A DNA stretch of 64,000 nt from Bacteroidales bacterium (GTDB taxonomy: Bacteria; Bacteroidota; Bacteroidia; Bacteroidales; Bacteroidaceae). How positions within the stretch are numbered: the stretch's first letter is position 1; each line of letters starts with the position of its first letter. A program made the position numbers and the translations under genes. The stretch is taken from contig SUXQ01000008.1 in NCBI GenBank assembly GCA_015060905.1, positions 4,674 through 68,673 of the forward strand. The letters are read 5' to 3'. The notes under the pieces are model-generated. The model was not told the DNA's origin. It did no database searches and saw only the letters and a list, made by a program, of their open reading frames with translations. Below, one piece after another: positions 18,353 through 28,971 of this stretch.

Positions 18353-20521
18353 ATGAAAAAATTCTTTTCTTTAATGTTGCTTGCCATCTTCACACTGGCG
18401 GCACATGCTGAAGATTATGTAATTTCCACAAAAAACACCATGATGGTGCTTAGTGGAAAGCAAGGCGAACGCCTTAATTTTGTTTACTATGGCCCCACAG
18501 CATCTGTAAGCGACATTCGCGCCACAGGCAACGCTGTCAATTGGGGAGCATACCCCACATTCGGTACACATTGTACAGCCGAGCACGCAATGTTGGTAAC
18601 ACACCCCAATGGCGACAACTCTTTGGAACTTGCCATCGAAGAGGTTAAACAGTACAAAGAGAACGAGGCTAACGTAACCGAATTTATAATGAAGGACAAA
18701 GTATTCCCTCTCTACGTTAGCATATTGTACAAGGCAATTCCCGATGTTGATGTAATCAAAGTATCGACAGTTATCACAAACAAGGAGAAAAAAGCCGTTA
18801 CTCTTAACCGTTACGCATCAGCTTACCTTCCCATTAAATCAAACGAAATGTGGCTTTCATACCTCGTTGGCGGTTGGGGCGCAGAGTGTCAGCTTGTCGA
18901 GCAGCCCATCAATCGCGGTAGAACTGTTGTCGGCAACCACGATGGTGCGCGCACATCATTCGTAACACACCCCTCGTTCATGGTGTCACGCGGCGAGCCC
19001 CAGGAGCACGAAGGCATTGTAATTGGTGGTACACTCTTGTGGACAGGTAACTACGAGCTCTCTTTCCTCAACGAGAGCAATTCAAACTTTGTTGAGATTA
19101 CAGCCGGTATCAACCCCGAAGCATCGGCATACACATTGGAGCCCAAAGAGAGCTTCGTAACTCCCGAACTTGCGCTCACATGCAGCAACGAGGGTAAGGG
19201 TGGCGTCAGCCGTAACTTCCACCGTTGGGGACGCAAATACCAGATTATCGGTGGTACTCAGGAGCGCGATATTCTCCTTAACAGTTGGGAAGGTGTATAT
19301 CTTAGAGTAAACCAGGAAGCTATGGACCAGATGATGAAGGAATTCTCTTCCATTGGTGGCGAGCTGTTTGTAATGGACGACGGTTGGTTCGGTGACAAAT
19401 ATCCTCGCGACAAGGACAACTCTTCACTTGGCGACTGGATGGTATGCAAGAAAAAACTTCCTCAAGGCGTGGAAGGTCTTATAGAAACATCAAAGAAATA
19501 TGGCATTAAATTCGGTATCTGGATTGAGCCCGAAATGACAAACTCATTGAGCGAGCTTTACGAGAAACACCCCGATTGGGTACTTCGCCAAGAGGAGCGC
19601 GAGCCTGTTAAGGGTCGTGGAGGTACTCAGATGATGCTTGACATGACAAACCCCGAGGTTCAGGAACATGTATTCAAGGTAGTTGATGACCTTATGCAGG
19701 CTAACCCCGAAATTTACTATATGAAGTGGGACGCAAACTTCTCTATCGCAAATGCAGCTTCACTCTACTTGCCCAAGAAGAAACAGTCACACCTTTACAT
19801 AGAGTATCACAGAGGACTCATCAAGACTCTCGAGCGTATCCGCGCAAAATATCCCGACCTTGTTATTCAGCTTTGTGCAAGCGGTGGCGGTCGTCTGAAC
19901 TATGCATACTTCCCCTACTTCAACGAGTGCTGGACAAGCGACAACACCGATGCTGTACAGCGTCTCTTCATCCAGTGGGGTGTATCGCAGTACTATCCCT
20001 CTAACGTAATGGCTGCTCACGTAAGTGCATCGCCCAACCACCAAACTAAGCGTGTTACTCCTTTGAAATTCCGTTTCGACGTTGCAATGACCGGTCGTTT
20101 GGGTATGGAAATGAAACCCTCTGACCTTTCAGAGAAAGAGAAAGAGTTTGCAAAGAATGCAATCGCAACATACAAAAATATCCGTCCCGTTATTCAGCAG
20201 GGTGACTTGTATCGTCTCATCTCTCCGTACGAAAAGAAGCCTTATGTTTCTGTAATGTACGTAACTCCCGAGAAAGATCGCGCAGTTTATTTCCTCTATC
20301 GTACACAGTACATCCGCAGCCAGCTTAACGAGTCAAGAGTGCTCAAAGGCCTCGACCCAAACAAGAAGTATATGTTCCGCGAGCTTAACGCCGAAAATCC
20401 CAAAAGAAAGAGCAGTCTCGAGGGTAAGGTTATCAGCGGTAAAGTTCTTATGGAGCAGGGCTTCTACTTGAGCATCGAGAAAGAGCTTGGTAGTGCCGTT
20501 TACGAACTTATTGCACAGTAA
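18353..20521 (+). CDS. GH36 alpha-galactosidase, secreted
   Basis: 722 aa ORF with a signal peptide. Motifs are FVMDDGWF, YYMKWDAN and CASGGGR. Confidence 0.9.
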   Translation: MKKFFSLMLLAIFTLAAHAEDYVISTKNTMMVLSGKQGERLNFVYYGPTASVSDIRATGNAVNWGAYPTFGTHCTAEHAMLVTHPNGDNSLELAIEEVKQYKENEANVTEFIMKDKVFPLYVSILYKAIPDVDVIKVSTVITNKEKKAVTLNRYASAYLPIKSNEMWLSYLVGGWGAECQLVEQPINRGRTVVGNHDGARTSFVTHPSFMVSRGEPQEHEGIVIGGTLLWTGNYELSFLNESNSNFVEITAGINPEASAYTLEPKESFVTPELALTCSNEGKGGVSRNFHRWGRKYQIIGGTQERDILLNSWEGVYLRVNQEAMDQMMKEFSSIGGELFVMDDGWFGDKYPRDKDNSSLGDWMVCKKKLPQGVEGLIETSKKYGIKFGIWIEPEMTNSLSELYEKHPDWVLRQEEREPVKGRGGTQMMLDMTNPEVQEHVFKVVDDLMQANPEIYYMKWDANFSIANAASLYLPKKKQSHLYIEYHRGLIKTLERIRAKYPDLVIQLCASGGGRLNYAYFPYFNECWTSDNTDAVQRLFIQWGVSQYYPSNVMAAHVSASPNHQTKRVTPLKFRFDVAMTGRLGMEMKPSDLSEKEKEFAKNAIATYKNIRPVIQQGDLYRLISPYEKKPYVSVMYVTPEKDRAVYFLYRTQYIRSQLNESRVLKGLDPNKKYMFRELNAENPKRKSSLEGKVISGKVLMEQGFYLSIEKELGSAVYELIAQ

Positions 20522-20530
20522 TATTGTTTT

Positions 20531-20579
20531 ATAAATTTTAAGAGAGTGTGGCATTTTGCCACACTCTCTTAAAATTTAT
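20531..20579 (+). other. Perfect 23 bp-arm palindrome (hairpin) between the GH36 and sialidase genes
   Basis: ataaattttaagagagtgtggca-ttt-tgccacactctcttaaaatttat. No clean U-tract follows it, so it is not a classical intrinsic terminator. Confidence 0.8.
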
Positions 20580-20603
20580 AAAGTATTTATCTTCCTCAAA
20601 AAC

Positions 20604-21974
20604 ATGAAAAAAACAGCCCTATATATAATTGCAACAGTTGCCCTGCTTTTATATGCAACGTCGGCAAGGTGCGAACCTTCCAGCAAAAAAGTCACAAATA
20701 AAAGAGTCGAAATTTTTCCAACAACAACAAGCAAAGCAATACCCTACCGCATACCCGCAATAACAACAACATACGACGGAAACCTCTTGGCTGTAGCCGA
20801 TTATCGTCATTGCCGCTACGACATTGGAAACGGGCGCATAGACCTTCACGGACGCATAAGTAAGAACGGTGGAAAAACATGGGGCGAGATTTTCACCATA
20901 ATAGAAGGCGACGGTCGCCTTGTAAACAACGACTGCAACGCATCGCTGACAGCCGGATACGGCGACCCGTGCATAGTTGCCGACAGAGAGAGCAATAAAG
21001 TGCTGATGTTGTGCGTATGCGGGCATCAGACATTCTTCCGTTCCACCCGCGAAGAGCCTAATCAGGTGGCACGTTTCTACAGCGAAGATGGTGGAAGAAC
21101 ATGGAGTAAGCCCGAAGTTATTACCGAAACATTTTACACCCCTTTCGACAACAGCAAGATAGGCCCCATACGCGGAATGTTCATAGGCTCGGGACGCATA
21201 TTCCAAAGCCGAATGACCAAAATTGGCAACTACTACCGTTTATATGCCGCCATGCTCGCCCGCGACAAAGATGGCACCTTCTGCAACTTTGTAGTATACT
21301 CCGACGATTTTGGAAAAGAGTGGAAAGTGTTGGGCAGCACAGACAAAGGAGCAATTCCCCATAGTGGCGACGAGCCAAAGACCGAAGAACTTCCCGACGG
21401 GAGCATACTCATAAGTTCACGTTGCACAGGCGGACGTTATTTCAACATCTTCAGATTCAACAACCACAAGACAGCCGATGGCACGTGGGAAGAAATGGCA
21501 TTCTCGGGTGCAAGCAACAAAGGAGTGACAGCATTGAATAATTCGTGCAACGGCGAAGTGATGATACTACCCGCAATACGCAAAAAAGATAACAAGAGAC
21601 TATACATTGCACTACAATCGCTACCATTGGGAAGCGGCCGCAGCAACGTGGGAATTTATTATAAGGAACTTGAAGATTATAATGACTTTCTGACTCCTGC
21701 GCATTTTGCCAAAGATTGGGACGGAAGTTGCAAGAGTAGCAGCAAAGGCTCGGCCTACTCAACAATGACACTGCAAAAAGACAATAGCATAGCCTTTGTC
21801 TACGAAGAAGACACATACGATACAAAAGGAGGAGGATACACTATTGTATACAAAAATTACACTTTAGAGGAAATTACCGATGGCCGATTCTCGATAGACA
21901 CCAAAGAAAATCGCGCACTCTATCTTTACAAGAATGTAATTCTGCCGTTAAGTAGCAGAATATCCATCAATTAA
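20604..21974 (+). CDS. GH33 exo-alpha-sialidase, secreted
   Basis: I moved the start to MKKTALYIIATVALL. It has a YRIPAI (RIP) motif and Asp-box repeats SKNGGKTWG, SEDGGRTWS and SDDFGKEWK. Confidence 0.9.
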   Translation: MKKTALYIIATVALLLYATSARCEPSSKKVTNKRVEIFPTTTSKAIPYRIPAITTTYDGNLLAVADYRHCRYDIGNGRIDLHGRISKNGGKTWGEIFTIIEGDGRLVNNDCNASLTAGYGDPCIVADRESNKVLMLCVCGHQTFFRSTREEPNQVARFYSEDGGRTWSKPEVITETFYTPFDNSKIGPIRGMFIGSGRIFQSRMTKIGNYYRLYAAMLARDKDGTFCNFVVYSDDFGKEWKVLGSTDKGAIPHSGDEPKTEELPDGSILISSRCTGGRYFNIFRFNNHKTADGTWEEMAFSGASNKGVTALNNSCNGEVMILPAIRKKDNKRLYIALQSLPLGSGRSNVGIYYKELEDYNDFLTPAHFAKDWDGSCKSSSKGSAYSTMTLQKDNSIAFVYEEDTYDTKGGGYTIVYKNYTLEEITDGRFSIDTKENRALYLYKNVILPLSSRISIN

Positions 21975-22009
21975 AAAATAATAGGCAACCAATGGTTGCC
22001 TATTATTTT
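21975..22009. terminator. Bidirectional intrinsic terminator between the convergent sialidase and fhs genes
   Basis: aaaataataggcaacca/tggttgcctattatttt forms 17 bp arms flanked by A and T runs. Confidence 0.75.
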
Positions 22010-22029
22010 CATTTATCCATAAAGTTATC

Positions 22030-23697
22030 TTAGCTCAAGCCCTCGATATTTCCATCGACAATATCAATTTTCTGCGCTTGAGGAACTTTGGGTAATCCGG
22101 GCATACGCATAATATCACCCATGATAATTACAATCATTTCGGCACCATTGTTTATTACAACATCACGAACATTAAGTTCAAAATCCTTTGCAACGCCATA
22201 GGCCTTAGCATCTGCCGAGAATGAGTATTGTGTCTTTGCGATACAAATAGGATAATGAGAAATACCCAATGTCTCTATCTGTTTAATCTTTTTGACGGCT
22301 GCCGGAGAGTATGTCACACCTTTTGCACCGTAAATTTGCGAAGATACCTTCTCTATCTTTGTGCGAACAGAGTCGCCATCCTCGTAAATAAATTTAAGAG
22401 GAGCAGAGGGTGATTTTTCGATAGTCTCGACCACTAATTTTGCAAGTTCTTCACCCCCCTTGCCACCATCGGCAAAGACATTGTTCATGCAGAAGCCTAC
22501 GCCCATTTCGCGACAATGTTCGGCAACCATTGCAATCTCTTCGTCTGTATCGGTAGCGTAGCGGTTAAAGGTTACAATAACCTCTTGACCGAAACGCTTC
22601 ATATTCTCTATATGCTTGTCAAGATTGGGAAGTCCGTTCTTCAACCCCTCGACATTCGGCTCTTTAATTTTATCCTCGGGCACACCACCGTGTAATTTCA
22701 AGCTCTGAGCAGTAGCCACGATAATAGTCAATTTGGGAGAAAGACCCGCCTTGCGACATTTTACATCAAAGAATTTCTCGGCACCAAGGTCGGCTCCGAA
22801 TCCGGCCTCTGTAATAACATAATCACCGTAGCTGAGAGCCATCTTTGTGGCAATTATAGAGTTACAGCCATGAGCGATATTTGCAAACGGACCACCATGA
22901 ACAAACGCTGCTGTATTCTCGGTTGTCTGCACAAGATTAGGCTGAATGGCATCTTTCAAAAGCACAGTAATTGCACCCGCAACACCAAGATCATTCACCG
23001 TCAATGGTTGGTCGTCGAAAGTGTAACCCAAAAGAATATTTCCTATGCGACGACGCAAATCATCAAGATCTTTTGACAAACAAAGTATAGCCATAATCTC
23101 CGAAGCGGGAGTAATATCAAAACCACTCTCTGTAGGAAGGCCGTTAGCCGAGCTACCAAGGCCCGTTACTATGTTGCGCAAACTTCTGTCATTAACATCA
23201 AGTACACGTTTCCACTTAATCTCTTTAAGAGCAAGCCCCGTTTTTCTATTCTGATAAATATAATTGTCAAGCAACGCAGTAATCATATTATGCGCCGATG
23301 TTATTGCATGAAAATCTCCCGTAAAATGCAGATTAATATTCTCCATAGGCAACACCTGAGAATATCCACCACCGGCAGCACCACCCTTCATGCCGAAACA
23401 TGGACCCAACGAAGGCTCGCGCAAAGCAACAACCGCTTTTTTGCCTATTCTGTTAAGCCCCAGTGTAAGACCGATAGAAACTGTAGTCTTACCGATACCC
23501 GCCTTTGTGGGAGTAATTGCTGTAACAAGAATAAGGTTGCTTTTCTTCATTTTTTCCTCGTTAATAAGAGAGAGAGGCAATTTTGCAATATATTTGCCAT
23601 AATTTTCTATCTCTTCGGAAGGAATACCAATACTACCGGCAATCTCCTCGATTCTTTTCAGAGAAGTTTCTCTTGCAATCTCAATATCAGATTTCAT
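22030..23697 (-). CDS. fhs: Formate--tetrahydrofolate ligase
   Basis: 555 aa ORF: [10 protein letters not shown]...[10 protein letters not shown]...[19 protein letters not shown]. Confidence 0.97.
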   Translation of the reverse strand: MKSDIEIARETSLKRIEEIAGSIGIPSEEIENYGKYIAKLPLSLINEEKMKKSNLILVTAITPTKAGIGKTTVSIGLTLGLNRIGKKAVVALREPSLGPCFGMKGGAAGGGYSQVLPMENINLHFTGDFHAITSAHNMITALLDNYIYQNRKTGLALKEIKWKRVLDVNDRSLRNIVTGLGSSANGLPTESGFDITPASEIMAILCLSKDLDDLRRRIGNILLGYTFDDQPLTVNDLGVAGAITVLLKDAIQPNLVQTTENTAAFVHGGPFANIAHGCNSIIATKMALSYGDYVITEAGFGADLGAEKFFDVKCRKAGLSPKLTIIVATAQSLKLHGGVPEDKIKEPNVEGLKNGLPNLDKHIENMKRFGQEVIVTFNRYATDTDEEIAMVAEHCREMGVGFCMNNVFADGGKGGEELAKLVVETIEKSPSAPLKFIYEDGDSVRTKIEKVSSQIYGAKGVTYSPAAVKKIKQIETLGISHYPICIAKTQYSFSADAKAYGVAKDFELNVRDVVINNGAEMIVIIMGDIMRMPGLPKVPQAQKIDIVDGNIEGLS

Positions 23698-23789
23698 ATC
23701 AAAAAATTATTATAATACATTCAATACCCAATACCATAAATGCAAATAAGTTGAACCCAATAGTCGCAACTGATGTTTGTAATTTATTG

Positions 23790-23797
23790 CAAAAGTA
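23790..23797 (-). promoter_or_regulatory. -7 box TACTTTTG for fhs
   Basis: The plus strand reads caaaagta, 93 nt upstream of the ATG at 23697. Confidence 0.4.
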
Positions 23798-23854
23798 AAC
23801 AAAAAGAGCGTAAAAAACGAAAAAACAGAACAACTTTTAATGCATCGTAAATTT

Positions 23855-24538
23855 CTACAAAAATTTTCTTAAATAACCTTTCTGCTCTTCGCCTACCCTA
23901 AAGCTCTCCAACGCCTTGCGAATAGTCATCCTGTGTACCACAGCAGGCAATCTTCGCCGCTCAACAAAAGAAATAGCTGTATTCCACTGTTTGGCTAAGG
24001 CTGTAGCAAAATACCAAGCAACAGCCATCTGCATATAATAATCACCGGTAGTCACAGCGGCAACATCATCAAGCATATAAGGCTCGAACTTTTCATCAAG
24101 AAAAAAACGCATGGAATTTACAACTCCGAAACGACAAGTATACAGATGGTCGCTTGTCATCCATTTTTTCAAATAAGGATAAATTACCGAAGGATATTTT
24201 CCAAACAATTTTACTGAAAATTGATCACACACAGCCCAATTATCAATATAAGGAAGAAAAAGTTCCACACGTTTAATAGTTTCCTCGACAGACAACTTTT
24301 CATTAGCCAAAATAAAAGCATGCAGAAGATTCTCCTCGAAATATTCATGCGGTAACGACGTTAAAAAATTTTCATAGTCGCCGGCACGCACAATCTCCCT
24401 AGCAAAAGCCCTCAACAACGGAGTACGCACACCCACAAAATATCCATTCTCGAATCCGGGAATAAGCTTAGCCGAAAAATCCGCATATTTTTCATCACGC
24501 AAACAATATAGTCTGCTCTTTATATTAACAGCATCCAT
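23855..24538 (-). CDS. DNA alkylation repair protein (AlkD-like HEAT-repeat family)
   Basis: 227 aa ORF: ...YADFSAKLIPG...VGVRTPLLRAFAREI...NWAVCDQF. Confidence 0.8.
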   Translation of the reverse strand: MDAVNIKSRLYCLRDEKYADFSAKLIPGFENGYFVGVRTPLLRAFAREIVRAGDYENFLTSLPHEYFEENLLHAFILANEKLSVEETIKRVELFLPYIDNWAVCDQFSVKLFGKYPSVIYPYLKKWMTSDHLYTCRFGVVNSMRFFLDEKFEPYMLDDVAAVTTGDYYMQMAVAWYFATALAKQWNTAISFVERRRLPAVVHRMTIRKALESFRVGEEQKGYLRKFL

Positions 24539-24710
24539 AATTTTTCATTCTACCGGCAAAAATACATAATATTGTCAAAGTAAATAAATATAAAGAAAGA
24601 ATAAGTAAAAATTCGTTTTTTTTCTTTAACTTCGCAAAGTTTGCATCCGTTTGTGCAAAAAATAATAATTATATACAATTTTATTTAATAACTTAACCAA
24701 CATCAAAAAG

Positions 24711-26663
24711 ATGAAGAAACTTTTTTCATTGGCAGTGATTGCATTCATGACAGTGCTCACTGTATCGGCTCAAAAGACAGCCACACTCTCTTCACCTTCG
24801 GGCGAAATTAAAGCCAACGTAAGCATTGAAGAGCAGAAGCTCTACTATTCGGTGGAATTCAACGGCAAAGAGATTCTATCAAAAATGCCCCTTGCAATGA
24901 CATTCAGCAATGGAGTTGTAGCCGGCGAAAAGGTAAAATCACTCAATCCTAAGACAAAAACTGTCGAGGAGGTATTTGCCCCCACAATCGCTGTACGTAA
25001 CAGCAAAGTAAACATGAAGTACAACGAAAGTGAGTTTAAATTCGGTAAATACTCTGTTATTTTCCGTCTTTACGACGACGCTGTTGCTTACCGCTTCGTT
25101 ACACGCTTCGGCAAAAAAGAGATTAACGTAATTGACGAGACTGTTGCTTACAATTTCGCCAACGACAACAAGATTCTCTTCCCCGAAGAGGGCTCGATGT
25201 ATACCCATCAAGAGCGTAAATTCATTGACACAACAGTTGGTGCTATCGCCGAGAAGAAATTCGCAAGCCACCCTATGCTTGCAACAGACAACGGTGTTAG
25301 AATGATTATCACAGAGGTTGACCTCGAAAGCTACCCCGGCGTATACTACCAGAAAGTTCCCGGAAACAGTTTCAAAGGAATCTTCCCCGCATACGCCCTC
25401 GAGACAGAAAAACGTTCGGACCGCGACGTTGTTGTAACAAAAAGAGCAGACTACATTGCAAAGACAACAGGCAACCGTTCATACCCCTGGCGTGCAGTTG
25501 TAATTGCCGACAAAGATACAGAGCTTCTTAATAGCAATACCCTCTATGCCCTTGCATCACCCTCGCGCATTGCCGATACATCATGGATTAAGCCCGGTAA
25601 AGTTGCTTGGGACTGGTGGCACAACTGCTCACTCACGGGTGTAGACTTCCGTTGCGGCGTAAACACTCAGACATATAAATACTTTATCGACTTTGCATCA
25701 AAGAACGGCATCGAGTATATTGTTCTTGACGAAGGTTGGTACGACATAAGCAAGACTGTTCTTGACATTGTTCCCGAAATTGACCTTGCCGAGCTTATCC
25801 GTTACGGTAAAGAGAAGAACGTGGGCATCATCTTGTGGATGACCTGGTTGGCTCTCGAGGAGAAGATGGACGAAGCACTTCCCAAATTCAAAGAGTGGGG
25901 TGTGAAAGGTCTTAAGATTGACTTTATGCAGCGTGACGACCAATGGATGGTTGAGTGGTACTACAATACAGCCAAACGTGCAGCCGAGCTTCAGTTGCTC
26001 GTCGATTATCACGGTTCGTACAAGCCCACAGGTATCACACGTACATTCCCCAACATGCTTACTTCAGAGGGTGTTTACGGCGGCGAGCAGAATAAATGGA
26101 CAGACGACCTTACTCCCGAGCACAACGTGACACTTGCATTTACACGTATGGCTTGCGGTCCTATGGACTACACTCCCGGTGCAATGCGCAACTCTAAGAA
26201 GGGTGAGTTTGTTGAGCGTTACTACATTCCTATGTCACAGGGTACACGTTGCCACCAGCTTGGTATGTATGTAGTATTCGAATCTCCTCTTCAGATGCTC
26301 TGCGACCGTCCCACAAATTACGAGAAAGAGCCTGACATGATGCGTTTCCTCGGTCCTGTACCCACTACATGGGACGAGACATGCGCATTGGACGCTGCTG
26401 TAGGTGACTATATAATCATGGCTCGTCGCAACGGCAACAAATGGTGGGTAGGTGGAATGACCGACTGGAGCAGCCGTCAGAAAGAGATTACTCTTGACTT
26501 CCTTGAGGAAGGTAAAGAGTACACTATGACTCTTTGGGAGGATGGTGTAAACATTCACAGAGACGCTGAGGATTATAAGATGAGCACACGCAAGGTGCGC
26601 AAGGGTGACAAACTGAATATTAAGTTTGCTCCCGGCGGTGGCTTTGCTGCTACAATCGAATAA
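24711..26663 (+). CDS. GH97 glycoside hydrolase (alpha-glucosidase/alpha-galactosidase family), secreted
   Basis: 650 aa ORF with a signal peptide. Motifs are IEYIVLDEGW and GLKIDFMQRDDQWMVEWY. Confidence 0.9.
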   Translation: MKKLFSLAVIAFMTVLTVSAQKTATLSSPSGEIKANVSIEEQKLYYSVEFNGKEILSKMPLAMTFSNGVVAGEKVKSLNPKTKTVEEVFAPTIAVRNSKVNMKYNESEFKFGKYSVIFRLYDDAVAYRFVTRFGKKEINVIDETVAYNFANDNKILFPEEGSMYTHQERKFIDTTVGAIAEKKFASHPMLATDNGVRMIITEVDLESYPGVYYQKVPGNSFKGIFPAYALETEKRSDRDVVVTKRADYIAKTTGNRSYPWRAVVIADKDTELLNSNTLYALASPSRIADTSWIKPGKVAWDWWHNCSLTGVDFRCGVNTQTYKYFIDFASKNGIEYIVLDEGWYDISKTVLDIVPEIDLAELIRYGKEKNVGIILWMTWLALEEKMDEALPKFKEWGVKGLKIDFMQRDDQWMVEWYYNTAKRAAELQLLVDYHGSYKPTGITRTFPNMLTSEGVYGGEQNKWTDDLTPEHNVTLAFTRMACGPMDYTPGAMRNSKKGEFVERYYIPMSQGTRCHQLGMYVVFESPLQMLCDRPTNYEKEPDMMRFLGPVPTTWDETCALDAAVGDYIIMARRNGNKWWVGGMTDWSSRQKEITLDFLEEGKEYTMTLWEDGVNIHRDAEDYKMSTRKVRKGDKLNIKFAPGGGFAATIE

Positions 26664-26672
26664 TCTGAAAAT

Positions 26673-26728
26673 CGCATATAAAATAATCGTCCTCTGAAAA
26701 TTTTCAGAGGACGATTATTTTATATGCG
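26673..26728. terminator. 56 nt perfect palindrome; bidirectional terminator between the convergent GH97 and GH43 genes
   Basis: cgcatataaaataatcgtcctctgaaaa|ttttcagaggacgattattttatatgcg forms 28 bp arms. The GC core is flanked by U-rich sequence on both strands. Confidence 0.75.
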
Positions 26729-26740
26729 TATAAAGCATTT

Positions 26741-27763
26741 TTATTTGTGTAAACAGCTATTCTTTATAACCGGAACAATAGCACTGTCCGAAGGTGTTCT
26801 CATCTCGATATAAGGCCAGCCTTCATCGTCCCATAGAACTTTATCGAGCATACTCTGACGGTGTAAACCCAAATTACTCAACTGATAAGCATGGTAGTAC
26901 ATCCATGTTTGACCTGCATCATCCTCGATAATTCCTGCATTATGGCCCGGGCCGGCAAAGTTATCATTCCTATCGAGAATAAGTTCAAAACCATTATCAA
27001 GCATACTTACTCCTTTTTTGTCTACGTAAGGCCCTAATACATTCTTTGAGCGAAGAACAACCGTACGATATGTGCTCTTTGCACCTCCTGCAAAATTTCC
27101 TGTAGATGCAAACATATAATAATAATCGCCACGTTTCCATATATTTGAGCCTTCGTAAGCTGTACCACCTATCTGAATCATTGTTTCTGGCTTTATAGCA
27201 ATATTAACATCCGGAGTAACATCAAGCTCAACTGCGTATATATTACGAAAACTACCCCAGAAAAGATAAGCTTTGCCAGCATCTTCGTAATAAAATTGGT
27301 CAATAGACTGCTCTACGTTTATGGGTTTACTGTCTATCAAGATTCCTTTATCTGTGAAAGGACCTGTTGGGCTGTCGGCAACTGCATAACCTATTGCGCT
27401 GAGCCATTCTGTACCAAACCACATTGTGTAGAATATAACATACTTACCATTGATGCAACGAATCTCAGGTGCCCATAGAGTAGCCTTGCGATTGTTTCGC
27501 ACCTCTTTAGGAAAGTTACTATCGTTGAAGACTTCACCCACCTTTTGCCAATCGACCATATTCTGCGAACTGTATATTGAGTAGTTGCCACCTGTCGCAT
27601 AAAGATAAAAAGTTCCATCCTCGGCTCGAATAACCGAGGGGTCGGGAGCATCGGCACGCACCACAGGATTATGATAATATACGGGATCGGCTGTTTTTTG
27701 GCCACATGTCACGAATGTAATGCATAACGACACTGCAAACAGACTTAAAAATAATCTTTTCAC
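26741..27763 (-). CDS. GH43 glycoside hydrolase lipoprotein
   Basis: 340 aa ORF with a GTG start (plus strand cac at 27761-63) and no in-frame ATG nearby. Lipobox FVTC|G. Motif ADAPDPSVIRAEDGTFYLYATG. Confidence 0.85.
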   Translation of the reverse strand: MKRLFLSLFAVSLCITFVTCGQKTADPVYYHNPVVRADAPDPSVIRAEDGTFYLYATGGNYSIYSSQNMVDWQKVGEVFNDSNFPKEVRNNRKATLWAPEIRCINGKYVIFYTMWFGTEWLSAIGYAVADSPTGPFTDKGILIDSKPINVEQSIDQFYYEDAGKAYLFWGSFRNIYAVELDVTPDVNIAIKPETMIQIGGTAYEGSNIWKRGDYYYMFASTGNFAGGAKSTYRTVVLRSKNVLGPYVDKKGVSMLDNGFELILDRNDNFAGPGHNAGIIEDDAGQTWMYYHAYQLSNLGLHRQSMLDKVLWDDEGWPYIEMRTPSDSAIVPVIKNSCLHK

Positions 27764-27771
27764 AATTATTA

Positions 27772-28956
27772 TTATTTATTGTTTATTAATTTATTGTAAG
27801 CATCATGCAGCTGCTCGAGAGCCATTTTAAGTGTAGAGAGAGGGCAGCCCACATTCATACGCATGAATCCCTCGCCCTGAACGCCGAAGGTAGAGCCTTC
27901 GTTCATTGCTATACGAGCCTTGTTCACACAAAAATCGACAAGCTGTTCTTTGGAAAGATTCAACTTTCTGCAATCGAGAAAAACAAGATAAGATGCTTGT
28001 GGACGCACGATGCTGAGCAAAGGCATATTCTCGGAAATGAATTTTTCCATATAATCCACATTAGCAGTAATATAATCGACAAGCTGCTCGAGCCACACTG
28101 CCCCCTCGTCGCTTAACGCTGCGGCTGTGGCGATGGTTGCAAAAATATGAGCATGGTTAAGTTCGCTCTTCATCAGATAGCCATTGTATCTGTCGCGCAA
28201 CTCCTTGTTGGGAATTATTGTAAAAGAGGACATAAGGCCTGCAATATTAAAGGACTTACTTGCAGCCATCATGGTAATGGAATTCATCGCAGCCTTTTCG
28301 CTCACCGTTGCAAAAGGAATATGTTTGTAACCTTTAAAGGTCAGGTCAGCGTGAATTTCATCGGAAATTACAATCACATTATTATCGGCGCAAATTTCGG
28401 CCATGCGAACAAGTTCTTCGCGACGCCACACGCGTCCGCCGGGATTATGAGGATGACACAAAAGGAAAAGTTTACACTCTTTTACTTTCTGTTCAAAATC
28501 CTGAAAATCAATTTCATATTGTCCATCAACCAACGTCAAAGGATTAGTAACGACTGTACGTTCGTTCCATTGTGGTACATGAAAATAGGGGTGATAAACG
28601 GGGGGCTGTATAAGCACCTTGTCACCTTTTTCGGTCAGACACTGCACAGCAAAGGAAATTGCGGGCACAATTCCCGACACATGCTCTACCCACTCGGCAG
28701 ACACGTCCCATCCGTATCGTGACAATGTCCACTGCTGTATTGCGGGCAACCAACTGCCACATTTTTGAGTGTAGCCTAAAATTTCATGCTCCATTCGACG
28801 GAGCATCGCCTCCATGATGAAAGGAGGGGTCTTAAAATCCATGTCCGCAATCCACATTGGGATAATATCTTCGCGTCCATACACCTCTTTTCTAATGTCG
28901 TATTTCAGACAGTCGGTATTTTCGCGAGCAACAATCTCGTCAAAGTTGTATTTCAT
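27772..28956 (-). CDS. PLP-dependent C-S lyase / aminotransferase (MalY/PatB family)
   Basis: 394 aa ORF: ...MWIADMDF...HPHNPGGRVW...SKSFNIAGL. Confidence 0.85.
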   Translation of the reverse strand: MKYNFDEIVARENTDCLKYDIRKEVYGREDIIPMWIADMDFKTPPFIMEAMLRRMEHEILGYTQKCGSWLPAIQQWTLSRYGWDVSAEWVEHVSGIVPAISFAVQCLTEKGDKVLIQPPVYHPYFHVPQWNERTVVTNPLTLVDGQYEIDFQDFEQKVKECKLFLLCHPHNPGGRVWRREELVRMAEICADNNVIVISDEIHADLTFKGYKHIPFATVSEKAAMNSITMMAASKSFNIAGLMSSFTIIPNKELRDRYNGYLMKSELNHAHIFATIATAAALSDEGAVWLEQLVDYITANVDYMEKFISENMPLLSIVRPQASYLVFLDCRKLNLSKEQLVDFCVNKARIAMNEGSTFGVQGEGFMRMNVGCPLSTLKMALEQLHDAYNKLINNK

Positions 28957-28971
28957 ATTCTAATAAGTTTA

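Noticed and set aside
20333-20603. ORF 20333-20554 (minus) and the N-terminal extension 'MPHSLKIYK...' of the sialidase ORF
   Set aside because: Both begin with the same peptide because they translate the two arms of the 23 bp palindrome from TTG codons. The real sialidase start is the ATG at 20604, which precedes a signal peptide.
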